From Dehalococcoidia bacterium (GTDB lineage: Bacteria; Chloroflexota; Dehalococcoidia; SM23-28-2; RBG-16-64-32), in contig OY762959.1 of assembly GCA_963667205.1 (NCBI GenBank), positions 2,032,829 to 2,096,828 on the forward strand: a DNA stretch of 64,000 nt. Direction: 5' to 3'. Under the pieces are notes generated by a model that was not told where the DNA came from, searched no databases, and saw only the letters and a program-made list of their open reading frames with translations. A program made the translations under genes and the position numbers. Positions 28,034 through 38,472 of this stretch are shown here, one piece after another. Numbering within the stretch: position 1 is the first letter of the stretch; each line of letters starts with the position of its first letter.

Positions 28034-29833
28034 CTAGCCCTTCTGCTCGGTGTGGAAGGCCTCGATGACGTCGCCCTCCTCGAAGGCATCGAACCCCTCG
28101 ACGCCGATGCCGCATTCGAGGCCGTTGGCGACCTCGCGCACGTCGTCCTTGAAGCGGCGCAGGCTGGAGACGCGGGACTCGTGCGTGAGGATGCCGTCGC
28201 GCAGGACGCGGGCGAGCGAGTTCCGTCGAATGAGGCCGTCGGTGACCATGCAGCCAGCGATCTTGCCGCCGCGCACCTTGAACATCGCGCGAACCTCCGC
28301 GAAGCCGTCGTGCACGTCCACGAAGACGGGGTCCATCAGGCCCTTCACGGCGACGTCGATGTCTTCGATCAGTTCGTAGATGATGTTGTACAGGCGAATG
28401 TCGACGCCTTCGATCTCGGCCTTCTTCTTGGCGCCGAGGTCGGTCTTCACGGTGAAGCCCACGATAATCGCGCGCGAAGCCGTCGCCAGCATGACGTCCG
28501 ACTCGCTGACGTTGCCGGTGCCGGTGCTGATGACATGCACGCGCACCTCTTCGCCGCTCAGCCTCTCGATTGAGCTGCGGATCGCTTCGATGCTGCCGAC
28601 GGCGTCTGCTTTGATTACGATGTTCAGGTCCTTGACGCGCCCGGCGGCGATGTCACCCGACACCGCCTCCAGCGTCACGGCGCGGGTTGCACCCTCGTTC
28701 TGGTCACGCGCTCGGCTCTCGGCCAGGTCGCGGGCCTCGCGTTCGTTGTCGAGGACGACGAACGTGTCGCCGGAGCGCGGCACTGTGTGCAGTCCCATCA
28801 CTTCGACTGGCGTCGAGGGGCCGGCTTCCTTCACCCGCTCACCCTTGTCGTCGAACATCGCTTTGACCTTGCCGTAGGAGGCGCCGGCGACCACGATGGC
28901 GCCCGGGCGCAGGGTGCCCTTCTGCACGATGACGGTCGCCATCGGGCCGCGGCTCTGGTCCTTCCGCGATTCAACGATGGCGCCTTCGGCCGCGCGATCG
29001 GGGTTGGCCTTCAACTCCGCCACTTCGGCGACCAGAAGAATGTGCTCCAGCAGGTCGTCGAGGCCCTCCCTGGTCTTGGCGGAAAGCGGGACGGCGATGA
29101 CGTCGCCACCGAAGTCTTCGATGATGATGTTGTTCTGAGTCAGCTGCTGCTTGACGTTATCGGCGTTGGCCGCGGGCAGGTCTATCTTGTTGATGGCGAT
29201 GATGATCGGCACGTCGGCGGCCTTCGCGTGGTTGATCGCCTCTTTCGTCTGCGGCATGATGCCGTCGTCGGCGGCCACGACCAGGACGGCGATGTCCGTG
29301 AGGCTGGCGCCGCGCGCGCGCATCTCCGTGAACGCTTCGTGGCCGGGTGTGTCGATGAAGGTGATGTTGTGGTCCTTGACCGTCACCTGGTAGGCGCCGA
29401 TGTGCTGCGTGATGGCGCCGACTTCCTGCGCCGTGACGTTCGTCTCGCGGATGGCGTCGAGGATGCTGGTCTTGCCGTGGTCGACGTGGCCCATCACGGT
29501 GACGATGGGCGGCCGCGGCTGCAGGCTCTTTTTGTCCTCGGGCTCCGCGACTTCTTCTTCGCCGGCCGCCGGCGCGCCCTCTTCCGCTGCGGTCGCCGCC
29601 GGCGCGTCGCTTTGCTCGACGGCGAAGCCGAGGTCGTCGGCGACCGAAGAGGCGACGGCGAAGTCGACGCTCTGGTTGACGGAGGCCATCACGCCGCGCT
29701 TCATCAGCTCTTTGATGATGTCGACGTGGGAAAGGCTGAGCAGCTCGCCCAGATCGCGCACCATGATCGAGGACGGTAACGCCAGCGTGGGCTTTTCGGC
29801 GACGGGCGCGCCCTTTTCGTCCTGGTCTGTCAC
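28034..29833 (-). CDS. infB: Translation initiation factor IF-2 (short form)
   Basis: The G-domain has [24 protein letters not shown] and NKID. The start is set at GTG 29831-29833, which overlaps the ylxR stop (GTGA). The in-frame upstream region overlaps ylxR. Confidence 0.85.
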   Translation of the reverse strand: MTDQDEKGAPVAEKPTLALPSSIMVRDLGELLSLSHVDIIKELMKRGVMASVNQSVDFAVASSVADDLGFAVEQSDAPAATAAEEGAPAAGEEEVAEPEDKKSLQPRPPIVTVMGHVDHGKTSILDAIRETNVTAQEVGAITQHIGAYQVTVKDHNITFIDTPGHEAFTEMRARGASLTDIAVLVVAADDGIMPQTKEAINHAKAADVPIIIAINKIDLPAANADNVKQQLTQNNIIIEDFGGDVIAVPLSAKTREGLDDLLEHILLVAEVAELKANPDRAAEGAIVESRKDQSRGPMATVIVQKGTLRPGAIVVAGASYGKVKAMFDDKGERVKEAGPSTPVEVMGLHTVPRSGDTFVVLDNEREARDLAESRARDQNEGATRAVTLEAVSGDIAAGRVKDLNIVIKADAVGSIEAIRSSIERLSGEEVRVHVISTGTGNVSESDVMLATASRAIIVGFTVKTDLGAKKKAEIEGVDIRLYNIIYELIEDIDVAVKGLMDPVFVDVHDGFAEVRAMFKVRGGKIAGCMVTDGLIRRNSLARVLRDGILTHESRVSSLRRFKDDVREVANGLECGIGVEGFDAFEEGDVIEAFHTEQKG

Positions 29834-30123
29834 AGGCTGCCTCCGGGGTTGGCGGCAGCGTACTCGCGGAGGGCTGCGGCGTCCTTCGCGGTCAGCTTTG
29901 CCTTGAGCGAGTATTCGAGGCGGCCCTTGCTCAGCGCCACGTCCCAGCAGTCGGCCTCGCCGCAAACGTAGGCGCCGCGCCCGGCCAGCTTACCGGTGGG
30001 GTCGGCGACGATGCCGTCAGCGGTCCGCGCGATGCGAACGAGGCCGCGCTTGTTGGTCGTCGTTCTGCAGGCGATGCAGGTGCGCTGAGGCAGGGGGCGT
30101 ACGTGGGTCTTGGTCGCGGTCAA
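29830..30123 (-). CDS. ylxR: YlxR/RnpM-family (DUF448) RNA-binding protein
   Basis: Has the conserved RTCIACR...RGAYVC motif. A TTG start at 30121-30123 is proposed because it overlaps the nusA stop. The exact start is uncertain. Confidence 0.7.
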   Translation of the reverse strand: MTATKTHVRPLPQRTCIACRTTTNKRGLVRIARTADGIVADPTGKLAGRGAYVCGEADCWDVALSKGRLEYSLKAKLTAKDAAALREYAAANPGGSL

Positions 30124-31631
30124 TCGTCGGCTTCTTTCTCTTCGGCCTCTTCGGCCTCTTCGGACCACCCGAACTGATCGAGGCCGGTTTCGAAGTCGAT
30201 GTCTTCTTCCTCTTCGTCGCCCTCGACCACAGCGGCCAGGCGTTTGCCCTTCCGGGCGGCCTTCTTGCCCTTCTCTTCGGCGGCTGCATCGGCGTCGGAT
30301 TTGCCTTTGCCCTTCTTGGCCTTCTTGGGGGCCGGCGTCATTGCGGGCGCCAGGTCCTCGGCGAAGCGAAGGCCTCCGGCCGCGGCCGGCTCAGCGGTGG
30401 CGGGCGCTCGCTGGGCCGGCGGGGCTGAGGCGGCGGCTTCCTCGCCCTCTTCCGCCTCCACTACCTCCATCCACGGCTCGGGCGCTTCGGCGCGCTGCGC
30501 CTGCTCCGCTGTGGACACGGAAGCTTCTTCCGGTGCGGGGGCGACGGGAGCCGGGGCGGGCCCCGCGGCAGCGATCGCCGCCTGCTCAGCCGCGACTTCA
30601 GCCGCCACCTCGGGGCTCATCGCCGATTCGGGCTTGATGTCGATCCGCCAGCCGGTGAGCTTGGCCGCCAGCCGTGCGTTCTGGCCTTCTTTGCCGATCG
30701 CCAGCGAGAGCTGACGGTCGGGGACGATGACGGAGGCAGTGTTCTCTTCTTCATCGATGCGCACGGTCAGCACCTGCGCCGGGCTGAGGGCGTTGCCGAC
30801 GAAGCGCGAGGGGTTCTCGTCCCACTGGATGACGTCGATCCGCTCGCCGTTGAGTTCGTTGACGATGTTCTGGATGCGGATGCCGCGCAGGCCGACGCAG
30901 GAGCCGACGGCGTCCACGCCTTCCTGCCGCGCGGTGACCGCTACCTTGCTGCGGTAGCCCGCTTCGCGCGCGATCGATTTGATTTCGACGATCCCGCGGT
31001 AGATCTCCGGCACTTCCAGCTCGAACAGGCGCTTGAGCAGGTTCTTGTGCGTTCGCGAAAGCACCAGCTGGGGGCCGCGGATGGAGCGGCGCACCTCCAG
31101 CAGGAAGAACTTCATGCGCTGGCCGCCTCGGTAGTGCTCGTTCCGCACCTGCTCCGTGATCGGGAAGACGCCTTCGGTCTTGCCGAGGTCGACGACGATG
31201 TGCTTCGGCTCAAGGCGCTGGATTACGCCGGAGACGATGTCGCTGGCGCGGCTCGAGAACTCCTCGAAGACCATCTCTCGCTCGGCTTCACGCAGCTTTT
31301 GGAGGACGACCTGCTTGGCCGTCTGGGCGGCGATGCGGCCAGCGGCGCCGGGGTGTATCTCATCGCGCAGGACGTCGCCGATCTGGGCGTCCGGCTTGCG
31401 CTTGCGGGCGTCCTGGATCGTGATTTCCGCTGCCTCTTCTTCGATCTCTTGCACGACGGTGTACTGCTGGTAGACGTGGTGCTCGCCGGTCTCACGGTCG
31501 ATGCGGACGGCCAGATCGCCGCTCATGGCGATGTCTTTCTTGTACGCGGAGACGAGGGCGGCCTCCATAGCATCGAGGACCACCTCTTGCGGCAGATTCT
31601 TCTCTGCCGCCAGCTGCGTTATGGCGATCAT
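30120..31631 (-). CDS. nusA: Transcription termination/antitermination factor NusA with an acidic and Lys-rich C-terminal tail
   Basis: Shows an N-terminal domain, an S1 domain and two KH domains ([28 protein letters not shown]; [21 protein letters not shown]). The start is assigned to ATG 31629-31631 ([14 protein letters not shown]). A GTG at 31646 is an alternative. Confidence 0.85.
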   Translation of the reverse strand: MIAITQLAAEKNLPQEVVLDAMEAALVSAYKKDIAMSGDLAVRIDRETGEHHVYQQYTVVQEIEEEAAEITIQDARKRKPDAQIGDVLRDEIHPGAAGRIAAQTAKQVVLQKLREAEREMVFEEFSSRASDIVSGVIQRLEPKHIVVDLGKTEGVFPITEQVRNEHYRGGQRMKFFLLEVRRSIRGPQLVLSRTHKNLLKRLFELEVPEIYRGIVEIKSIAREAGYRSKVAVTARQEGVDAVGSCVGLRGIRIQNIVNELNGERIDVIQWDENPSRFVGNALSPAQVLTVRIDEEENTASVIVPDRQLSLAIGKEGQNARLAAKLTGWRIDIKPESAMSPEVAAEVAAEQAAIAAAGPAPAPVAPAPEEASVSTAEQAQRAEAPEPWMEVVEAEEGEEAAASAPPAQRAPATAEPAAAGGLRFAEDLAPAMTPAPKKAKKGKGKSDADAAAEEKGKKAARKGKRLAAVVEGDEEEEDIDFETGLDQFGWSEEAEEAEEKEADD

Positions 31632-31690
31632 GAACTCGCTTTTCACGGCCCCGGCAAACCTCCTGTCGCCCCTTCCGGTCCGTTTCGCAG

Positions 31691-31716
31691 GGCCAAAAAA
31701 AAGCGGGTGCCACCCC
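31691..31716 (-). terminator. Possible intrinsic terminator (short GC stem plus T8 tract on the minus strand) after the O-methyltransferase gene and ahead of nusA
   Basis: The minus strand reads ggggtggcacccgc followed by tttttttt. The stem is short (ggg/ccc to gggtg/caccc), so the call is tentative. Confidence 0.35.
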
Positions 31717-31732
31717 ACTTTTCAAAAGGAGC

Positions 31733-31752
31733 GTATATTTCCAAAAATATAC
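31733..31752. promoter_or_regulatory. AT-rich perfect inverted repeat gtatattt-ccaa-aaatatac in the nusA upstream region (candidate promoter or operator element)
   Basis: A perfect 8-bp arm palindrome with a 4-bp spacer sits in an unusually AT-rich 60-bp stretch about 100 nt upstream of the nusA start. Confidence 0.4.
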
Positions 31753-31822
31753 CACCAACGGCACCGCCCGGGCAACCGCCGTGGCCCCTCCGGGCCGACG
31801 GTTTCCCGGCGCGGTGTGGCGC

Positions 31823-32461
31823 CTACCTGCGACGTATGAGCGTGATGCCGTCACGCACGGTCAGGAGAACGTGCGTGACGCGTTCGTCGCGCGAGACGTG
31901 TTCGTTGAACGCCGCGATCGCCCGGGCGTCGTCCTGTTTCGGGTCCAGCACGGTGCCGCTCCAGAGTACGTTGTCTACGGCGATCACGCCGCGCTCCGAT
32001 AGCATCGGCAGCGCCGCCTCGTAGTAGTCCACGTACCCCGGCTTGTCCGCGTCGATGAACACGAGGTCGAACGGCCCTTCGAGCGACCGGAGCGACTCAA
32101 GTGCTGGGCCTTCGATCAGCCGCACCTTGTGGCCGTCCGGGCTGCGCTCGAAGAAGCCGCGGGCGAACGCCGCGTGCTCCGCGCTTAGCTCCAGCGTGAC
32201 GATCTCGCCGTCTTCGGGCAGCGCGGCCGCAGTCATCAGCGCGCTGAACCCCGTGAACGTGCCGACTTCCAGCGCCCGTCTGGCGCCGATGGACGCCGCC
32301 AGCGTCTGCAGGAGCAGGCCTTCGGTCTGCCCGGAGATCATCCTTGCCAGGCCGCCGAACTTCTCCTGAGTGGCCTGCGCGAGCTCCGCCAGCAGCGGCG
32401 GCAGCCCTGTCGAATGCTCCCGTGCGTAGGCCTCGATCTCTCCCGGCACCAACGTCAACAT
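31823..32461 (-). CDS. Class I SAM-dependent O-methyltransferase (caffeoyl-CoA O-methyltransferase-like family 3)
   Basis: Has the SAM-binding motif LEVGTFTGFSAL and the metal-binding region DLVFIDADK. 212 aa. Confidence 0.8.
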   Translation of the reverse strand: MLTLVPGEIEAYAREHSTGLPPLLAELAQATQEKFGGLARMISGQTEGLLLQTLAASIGARRALEVGTFTGFSALMTAAALPEDGEIVTLELSAEHAAFARGFFERSPDGHKVRLIEGPALESLRSLEGPFDLVFIDADKPGYVDYYEAALPMLSERGVIAVDNVLWSGTVLDPKQDDARAIAAFNEHVSRDERVTHVLLTVRDGITLIRRR

Positions 32462-32480
32462 GTTTGTCCTCTCCTGTCGC

Positions 32481-34160
32481 CTATTCCGCGAGTTCGCGCT
32501 CCAGTTGCGCCAATCCCATCGGTCCGATGCTCAGCGCCTTCGTGTGGAACGCCTTCAGGTCGAACGAATCGCCGGCCGCCTTTCGGGCGTTTTCGCGGGC
32601 GCTCAGCCACGAGCGTTCGCCCACTTTGTACGAGATCGCCTGCGCCGGCCAGCCCAGGTAGCGCACGGCCTCGCTTTCCATGAACGCCCGCGGGCGCAGC
32701 GCCCGCTCGACGCCGAAGTCGAGCGCCAGGTCGTGGTTCCACGTCTCGCCGGGGTGGAAGCGGTCGCCGTCGGGGATCTTCAGCTCAAGGTGCATGCCGA
32801 TGTCGATGATCACGCGGACGGCGCGCAGCGCCTGGGCGCTGAGGAGGCCCATGTAGTAGTCCGGGTTCTCGAGGTAGCCGAGTTCCGACATCAGGCGCTC
32901 CGCGTAGAGCGCCCAGCCTTCGCCGTGGCCGCTGATGAACGTTAGGAGCCGCTGATAGCGTGACAGCGCCTGCGGATAGAGGCGGACGGTCCCCACTTGC
33001 AGATGGTGGCCGGGAACGCCTTCGTGGTAGACGGTGGAAACGTCGCCCCACTTCGGGAAGCGCGTGGCGTCTCCGGTCGGCCACCAGGTGCGGCCGGGCC
33101 GCTCGAAGTCCTCCGAAGGGCCGGTGTAGTAAGGCGCCAGCGCGCCGCCCGGCGGTGGGATCATCACCTCCATCACGCGGATCTCGTCCGGGATGTCGAA
33201 GTGCTTGCCGTGTAGGTCGCTCAGCGCCTCGTCGTGCAGCTCCTGCAGCCAGCGTTGGTACTGTTCGACGCCCTCAACCGAGCGCCCGGGATCGTTCTCC
33301 AGCAGGTCTGTGACCTCGGCGATCGACGCGCCGGTCTTGATCTTCTCCGCCGTCTTGCGCATCTCTTCCTCGATGCGGTACTGCTCTTCCCAGCCCCAGC
33401 GGTACGTCTCCTCCGGGTTGATCGAGGCGCCCAGGAAGACCCGCGAGAGGAGCTCGTAGCGCTCGCGGCCGGCGGCTTCGCGCTTGCTGGTCTTCGGCCC
33501 GTACTCATCTGACAGGAAGCGGTACATCTCCGCGTAGCCTTCTTTCGCCGCGCGGGCGCCGGTCTCGATGTCCGCTGAGAGTCCGTTGGAGCTGAGGCCG
33601 GAGGCGACGAACTGCTCGCGTAGCTGGTCGAAGTACGAAGGCTTGTCGCCGAGGCCGCTCCAGACGCGCGCCTGCTCCGCGCCCTCGCTTGCCTGCCGCT
33701 TCGAGGCGTGGAGTCCGCGCTCCAGCCCCAGCGACAGCGACTGCCGGTAGCCGGCCAGCGCCTCCGCCACGAGGTTCAGCCGCGAGGCGATGTTCGACCA
33801 GTGCTCTGCGTTCTCCTTCGGCATGAGGTCGAACACCTGACGGACGCTCTGCAGCGGGCTGGCGATGTTGCGCAGGGCTCGCAGGTTCTCGCCGGCGTCG
33901 TACGCGTCCAGAGAAACGCCGAGCCGTTCCTGCATTACCTCGCGCGCGATGCGGTCCGCTGCCGATTCGTCGCCGGCTTCGTCAAGCCGGCGTAGCGTGT
34001 CGCGGTTCAGTTCGGCGACCTTGCCCGGGCCTTCCGGAGAGAGGTCGGGCATTTCGTGGTCGTGGCCTTGGATTCCCAGCGCCGTCGCCAGTGACGGCTC
34101 GAGCGACGCGATGTCGTCTACGTAACGATCGGCGATCTCAAACACACGAGACATTCCCAC
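32481..34160 (-). CDS. DUF885-family protein (putative metallopeptidase-like)
   Basis: 559 aa with the characteristic HEGVPGHHLQ motif and overall DUF885 architecture. Confidence 0.7.
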   Translation of the reverse strand: MGMSRVFEIADRYVDDIASLEPSLATALGIQGHDHEMPDLSPEGPGKVAELNRDTLRRLDEAGDESAADRIAREVMQERLGVSLDAYDAGENLRALRNIASPLQSVRQVFDLMPKENAEHWSNIASRLNLVAEALAGYRQSLSLGLERGLHASKRQASEGAEQARVWSGLGDKPSYFDQLREQFVASGLSSNGLSADIETGARAAKEGYAEMYRFLSDEYGPKTSKREAAGRERYELLSRVFLGASINPEETYRWGWEEQYRIEEEMRKTAEKIKTGASIAEVTDLLENDPGRSVEGVEQYQRWLQELHDEALSDLHGKHFDIPDEIRVMEVMIPPPGGALAPYYTGPSEDFERPGRTWWPTGDATRFPKWGDVSTVYHEGVPGHHLQVGTVRLYPQALSRYQRLLTFISGHGEGWALYAERLMSELGYLENPDYYMGLLSAQALRAVRVIIDIGMHLELKIPDGDRFHPGETWNHDLALDFGVERALRPRAFMESEAVRYLGWPAQAISYKVGERSWLSARENARKAAGDSFDLKAFHTKALSIGPMGLAQLERELAE

Positions 34161-34230
34161 CGGCTCCTTCTCTGTTCCCCCTCAGTTGCACAGGATGCAG
34201 CAACGGCGGCTCAGTGTCATCCCGGTGCGG

Positions 34231-35280
34231 TCAGACGATCAGGTGGACGTCGCCGAACTCGTGCCAGAGGTAGCGGCCGGCCAGCGCCGCCGCGTAGGCT
34301 GCGCGCAGGTGCTCGCGCCCGGCGATTGCCTCGAGCATCCAGAGGTGGCTGGCCTTCGGCTCGTGGAAGCCGGTGAGCAGGGCTTCGACCGTGCGAACGC
34401 CGCGCTGTGGCGTGATGATCAAGCCGGTCCAGCCGCTGGTCGCGAGGACTCTGCCGTCCTCGGCGGCTGCGGATTCCAGCGCCCGCACGACGGTCGTGCC
34501 GATGGCGACGACGCGGCCGCCGGCGGCGCGCGTGGCGTTGACGGCGCGCGCGGTCTCAGGCGGCACCTCGAAGCGCTCCTCGTACGGCGCTTCGGGCGTC
34601 TCCAGGCTGGCGACGCCGCAGTGCAGAGTCAGCGTCGCCCAGCCAATGCCGCGCTCACGGAGCGACTCGATCACGGGCTCGCTGAAGGGGCGGCCGGCGG
34701 AGGGCATCTCGGCCGAGCCGGGGCGCTGCGCGTAGACCGTCTGGTAGGCCTCCAGCGGCCACTCTTGTGTGGCGTACGTGTACTGGATTGGGCGGCCGTG
34801 CCGCGCCAGGTAGTCGAGCGTGCGTTCGCCTGCGGATAGCCGAGCGACCCAGAGCCGGCACGAGTCGCGGTACGGCTCCCGCAGCCGCGCGCTTTCGCCG
34901 CCCGGCAGCGTAAGTAGCTCGCCCGAGTACGCTGCTGTCTTGCGCGGCTCGACGACCCACGTCTCGTCGTCCAGCTGCGTCGAGAGGTGGAGGTCGATCG
35001 CCGATCCGTCCGCGCGCGTCGCAATGAGCGCCGCCGGGATCGTCGCCGAGTCGTTGGCGACGACGAGGTCGCCCGGCCGCAGGAACGACGCCAGGTCGCG
35101 GAACGAGGCGTGCTCGATGCGGTCCGTACGGTGGTCGCTCACCATCAGCCGCACCTCGTCGCGGGACAGCCCGCGCGCTTCCGGCGGCCCGTCCGCCTCC
35201 AGTTCGTGCGGCAGCTCGAACGCCAGCGGCGCCGGTTCGATGAGCTTCGTCCTGTAGTCTGCTTGTGTTGTTGCGATCAT
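34231..35280 (-). CDS. queA: S-adenosylmethionine:tRNA ribosyltransferase-isomerase
   Basis: Shows the family-conserved regions LPHELIA-like (LPHELEA), GTTVVRALES and HEPKASHL. 349 aa. Confidence 0.85.
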   Translation of the reverse strand: MIATTQADYRTKLIEPAPLAFELPHELEADGPPEARGLSRDEVRLMVSDHRTDRIEHASFRDLASFLRPGDLVVANDSATIPAALIATRADGSAIDLHLSTQLDDETWVVEPRKTAAYSGELLTLPGGESARLREPYRDSCRLWVARLSAGERTLDYLARHGRPIQYTYATQEWPLEAYQTVYAQRPGSAEMPSAGRPFSEPVIESLRERGIGWATLTLHCGVASLETPEAPYEERFEVPPETARAVNATRAAGGRVVAIGTTVVRALESAAAEDGRVLATSGWTGLIITPQRGVRTVEALLTGFHEPKASHLWMLEAIAGREHLRAAYAAALAGRYLWHEFGDVHLIV

Positions 35281-35337
35281 GTCGTCTCACACGGCCGTAG
35301 CCGCCTCCTGTGCCTTCACGCGCCGGAACGACGCGGT

Positions 35338-36000
35338 CTATTCTTCGACCAGCCTCACGAACTCAGGCGCGGCGGCGCGCGGGTCCGGGAGCCCGGAGAG
35401 GTCCTCACCGGGCTCGGCGAGCCGGTGCATTTCGGTGTTCATGTCGCCGGGGTCGACGGCGTAAACGCGCACGCCGGAGCCTTCGAGCTCGGCCGCCAGC
35501 GTCCGCGACAGGTGCTCGAGAGCGGCCTTGCTCGCGCCGTAGCCGCCCCAGCCGGGGTAGGCCTCGACACCGGCGTCGGAGCTGACGTTGATGATGACGC
35601 CGGATCCGCGCTCCCTCATTCTGGGGAGGACGAGCTGCGCCAGGTGCAGCGGCGCCAGGACGTTGACTCGGAGGACGCGCTCCAGGTCCTGCCACGCATA
35701 CTCTTCCAGCGCCGGCATTGGGCTCGGACCGAGCTCCGAGGCGTTGTTGACCAGCACATCGACGCGGCCGAACCGTGAGATCGCGGCGTCAACCAACCGC
35801 TCGGCGTCTTGCGAGACGTCCAGGGCCAGCGCCTCCACCGCCGTTAGTTCGCGCAGCTCGCGGGCGGCGGCCTTGAGGGCTGCGGCGCCTCGCGCTGCGA
35901 TCACGAGCTTCGCGCCTCTGGCGGCGTACCGGCGGGCGATCTCCATGCCTAGGCCGCGGGACGCTCCCGTTATCAGGGCTACTTTGTTCTCCAGTGTCAT
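35338..36000 (-). CDS. SDR-family short-chain dehydrogenase/reductase
   Basis: Has TGASRGLG (TGxxxGxG), NNAS and the YGASKAAL catalytic YxxxK. An AAGGAGAG SD lies upstream. Confidence 0.85.
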   Translation of the reverse strand: MTLENKVALITGASRGLGMEIARRYAARGAKLVIAARGAAALKAAARELRELTAVEALALDVSQDAERLVDAAISRFGRVDVLVNNASELGPSPMPALEEYAWQDLERVLRVNVLAPLHLAQLVLPRMRERGSGVIINVSSDAGVEAYPGWGGYGASKAALEHLSRTLAAELEGSGVRVYAVDPGDMNTEMHRLAEPGEDLSGLPDPRAAAPEFVRLVEE

Positions 36001-36122
36001 CGCGCTCTCCTTGTCGCTTGTTCTGCTACCCTCACGCTAAGGCTGAGCAGGCAGCGACACATGAGTCGCAAGGCCGAGTTGGGGTCGGGAATCAGTCCTA
36101 GGACCGGCGGGAGCGCCGGGCG

Positions 36123-36773
36123 CTACTCGAGGTCGACGAGGTGCTGACGCACGGCGCAGAGAGCGGCTTGCGTGCGGTCGGCCAGGTGCAGCTTCTGGAG
36201 GATGTTGCTGACGTGCGTCTTGACCGTCTTCTCGGCGATCCCGAGGTCGAGCGCGATCTCGCGGTTCGACATCCCCTTCGCGATCAAGCGGAGGACGTCC
36301 ATCTCGCGCTCGGTGAGCGCCGCCGGGTCGACCGCATTGGGCTTGCCCTCGGCGAACTCCTGCATGAGCTTGCCAGCAACAGCGGGATGGAGGAGCGCCT
36401 CGCCGCGGTAGACCGTGCGGATGGCGTCGCCCAGCTCGGCGGGCTGGACGTCCTTCAGAAGGTAGCCGGCCGCCCCGGCCTTGATAGCGGCGAACACTTT
36501 CTCGTCGTCCGTAAAGCTGGTGAGGACGAGCACCCGCGTCGACGGGGTCAGTGCCTTGATCTCGTGCGTCGCCTCGATCCCGTCCTTGGCCGGCATCACG
36601 AGGTCCATGACGACGACGTCCGGCAACAGCTCAGCGGCCAGCCGGACCGCCTCCGTGCCGTCACTGGCCTCGCCCACGACCTCGATGTCGTCCTGCAGCT
36701 GGAGGAACGTTCGCAGTCCCTGGCGGACGACGGCGTGGTCGTCGGCGATCAGGACGCGGATCCCCTCACTCAA
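36123..36773 (-). CDS. NarL/LuxR-family two-component response regulator
   Basis: The receiver domain has VLIADDH and DLVMP. The C-terminal LuxR HTH is EREMDVLRLIAKGMSNREIALDLGIAEKTVKTHVSNILQKL. Confidence 0.88.
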   Translation of the reverse strand: MSEGIRVLIADDHAVVRQGLRTFLQLQDDIEVVGEASDGTEAVRLAAELLPDVVVMDLVMPAKDGIEATHEIKALTPSTRVLVLTSFTDDEKVFAAIKAGAAGYLLKDVQPAELGDAIRTVYRGEALLHPAVAGKLMQEFAEGKPNAVDPAALTEREMDVLRLIAKGMSNREIALDLGIAEKTVKTHVSNILQKLHLADRTQAALCAVRQHLVDLE

Positions 36774-37903
36774 CGGGCGCCTCCAGGCGGATCGTCGTCC
36801 CCCGGCCCGGTGCTGACTCGATCGTTAGCTCCCCGCCCAGCTCCACCGCGCGCTCCTCCATCGATGTGATCCCCAGCCGCTTGCCCCGGATGCCGGGCTC
36901 GTCCGGGTCGAAGCCGCGGCCGTCGTCGCTGACGGTGAGCCGCACCAGGCCGTCGGCGGCGCCCAGATCGAGCGTGACGCGGCCGGCCTGCGAGTGCTTG
37001 ACTGCGTTGCTCAGCGCCTCCTGGGCGATCCGCAGCAGCTGTCCCTCGATCTCCACCGGCAGCGCTTCGTAGCCGTCGCCCCGCAGCTCGACGTCGAGGC
37101 TGGAGACGCGGCGCACGACGTCGACGTGCTTGCGCAGCGTCTCCAGCAGGCCTTCCGACTCAAGCTCCGCCGGGCGCAGCTCGAAGATGAGCGACCGCAT
37201 CTCTTCGACGGCCTGGCGGGCGAGGTCTCGCAGCGTCTCGGCCTGCGCCTTCGCCTCCGCCGGCTGCGACTCGATCAGCTGGGCCGTCGCCTCCGCCGTC
37301 AGCGAGATGCTGAACAGCGTTTGCTTGACGCTGTCGTGCAGGTTCGCGCGCCAGGCGGTTGCGTTCCTCGACGGCGCTTAGCTCGCGGCTGCGCTCGTGC
37401 AGGCGGGCGTTCTCGATCGCGACGGCTGCGTGTGCCGCGAGCATCTCGATCGCCTCCTGGTCCTCGTCTGAGAACTCCGGCGCGCCGATCTTGTCGGTGA
37501 GATAGAGCGCCGCGATCACCTAGTCGCCGGAGACGATGGGCACGCCGAGGAACGACGACATGCGCGGGTGGGCGTCCGGCCACCACTCGAAGCGAGGGTC
37601 CTGGCGGACGTCCGCGGTGCGGTAGGCGCTGGCCTCCTTCAGCATCGCCGCCAGCAGGCCGTGCCGTCGCGGCAGCGGGCCGATCTTCGCGACGAGCTCG
37701 TCGCTCATGCCGGTGAAGATGAACTGGCGGAACTCCTCGCCGCCCTCGTCCGGTATGCCCAGCGCGGCGTACTTCGCGCCGACGAGCGAGCGGGCGCTCT
37801 CGACGAGCCGGCGGAGGCTTCGCTCCGGCCGCCGCTCGCCCAGGATCGCCAGCACGGCGTCGCTGATCGCGTGCAGGAGTTGCCGGTCGCGGGTTCGTCC
37901 CAT
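36766..37903 (-). pseudogene. GAF-domain sensor histidine kinase (HisKA_3 / HATPase_c), disrupted by an in-frame TAG and a 1-nt frameshift
   Basis: The GAF N-terminal part (37520-37903) ends at TAG 37520-37522 and continues in frame as VIAALYLTDKIGAPEF...EERNRLARE. The H-box reads RE(c)LHDSVKQTLFS only if one extra C near 37340 is removed. After that, the HATPase_c part continues as MRSLIFELRPAELESEGLL...GRGTTIRLEAP to 36766. Confidence 0.6.
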
Positions 37904-37921
37904 CGTGCCGCCATTTTACGG

Positions 37922-38377
37922 CTACCGGGGCGTTCCGGCATCGGACCTGCGGCTTAGGACTGTGCGGTCGCGACGACAGGGCTCGTGCAGAAGGCGCAGC
38001 GCCGGGCTTCGACGGGGATTTTGCTCAGGCATTCCGGGCACTTCTGCGTCGTCGGGTCGGGGAGGCGGCTCCCGGCGGCTGGCCGCCACGAAACGGTTGT
38101 ACGGCCGGACGACGAAGAAGAAGACCGCGGCGGCGATCGTCACCAAGGCGAAGACGGCGTTGAGGAAGTTGCCGTAGATCAGCCTCGAGTCGCCGACGTC
38201 GATCGTCAGGCCGCCGAAGCTCGGCTCGCCGACGATCGCGGCGATCAGCGGCGTGATCAGGTTCTCCACCATCGACGTGATAACCACGCCGAAGGCGACG
38301 CCGATCACGATCGCCACCGCCAGGTCGACGACGTTGCCTCGCAGCAGGAACGCCTTGAATTCGCTCAGGGCAGTCAT
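37922..38377 (-). CDS. mscL: Large-conductance mechanosensitive channel
   Basis: Begins LSEFKAFLLRGNVVDLAVAIVIGVAFG, as MscL does, with a TM2 region and a C-terminal helical bundle. The tail is unusually long and Arg/Pro-rich. Confidence 0.85.
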   Translation of the reverse strand: MTALSEFKAFLLRGNVVDLAVAIVIGVAFGVVITSMVENLITPLIAAIVGEPSFGGLTIDVGDSRLIYGNFLNAVFALVTIAAAVFFFVVRPYNRFVAASRREPPPRPDDAEVPGMPEQNPRRSPALRLLHEPCRRDRTVLSRRSDAGTPR

Positions 38378-38472
38378 GTTGGGCCGCCCTTTCTAGGCTG
38401 GTATCGAGGCAAGGATACACTCAGGCGGAGCAATCGCAAGAGTCGCCGCGACGAGGCGTCCCCCTGTACACT

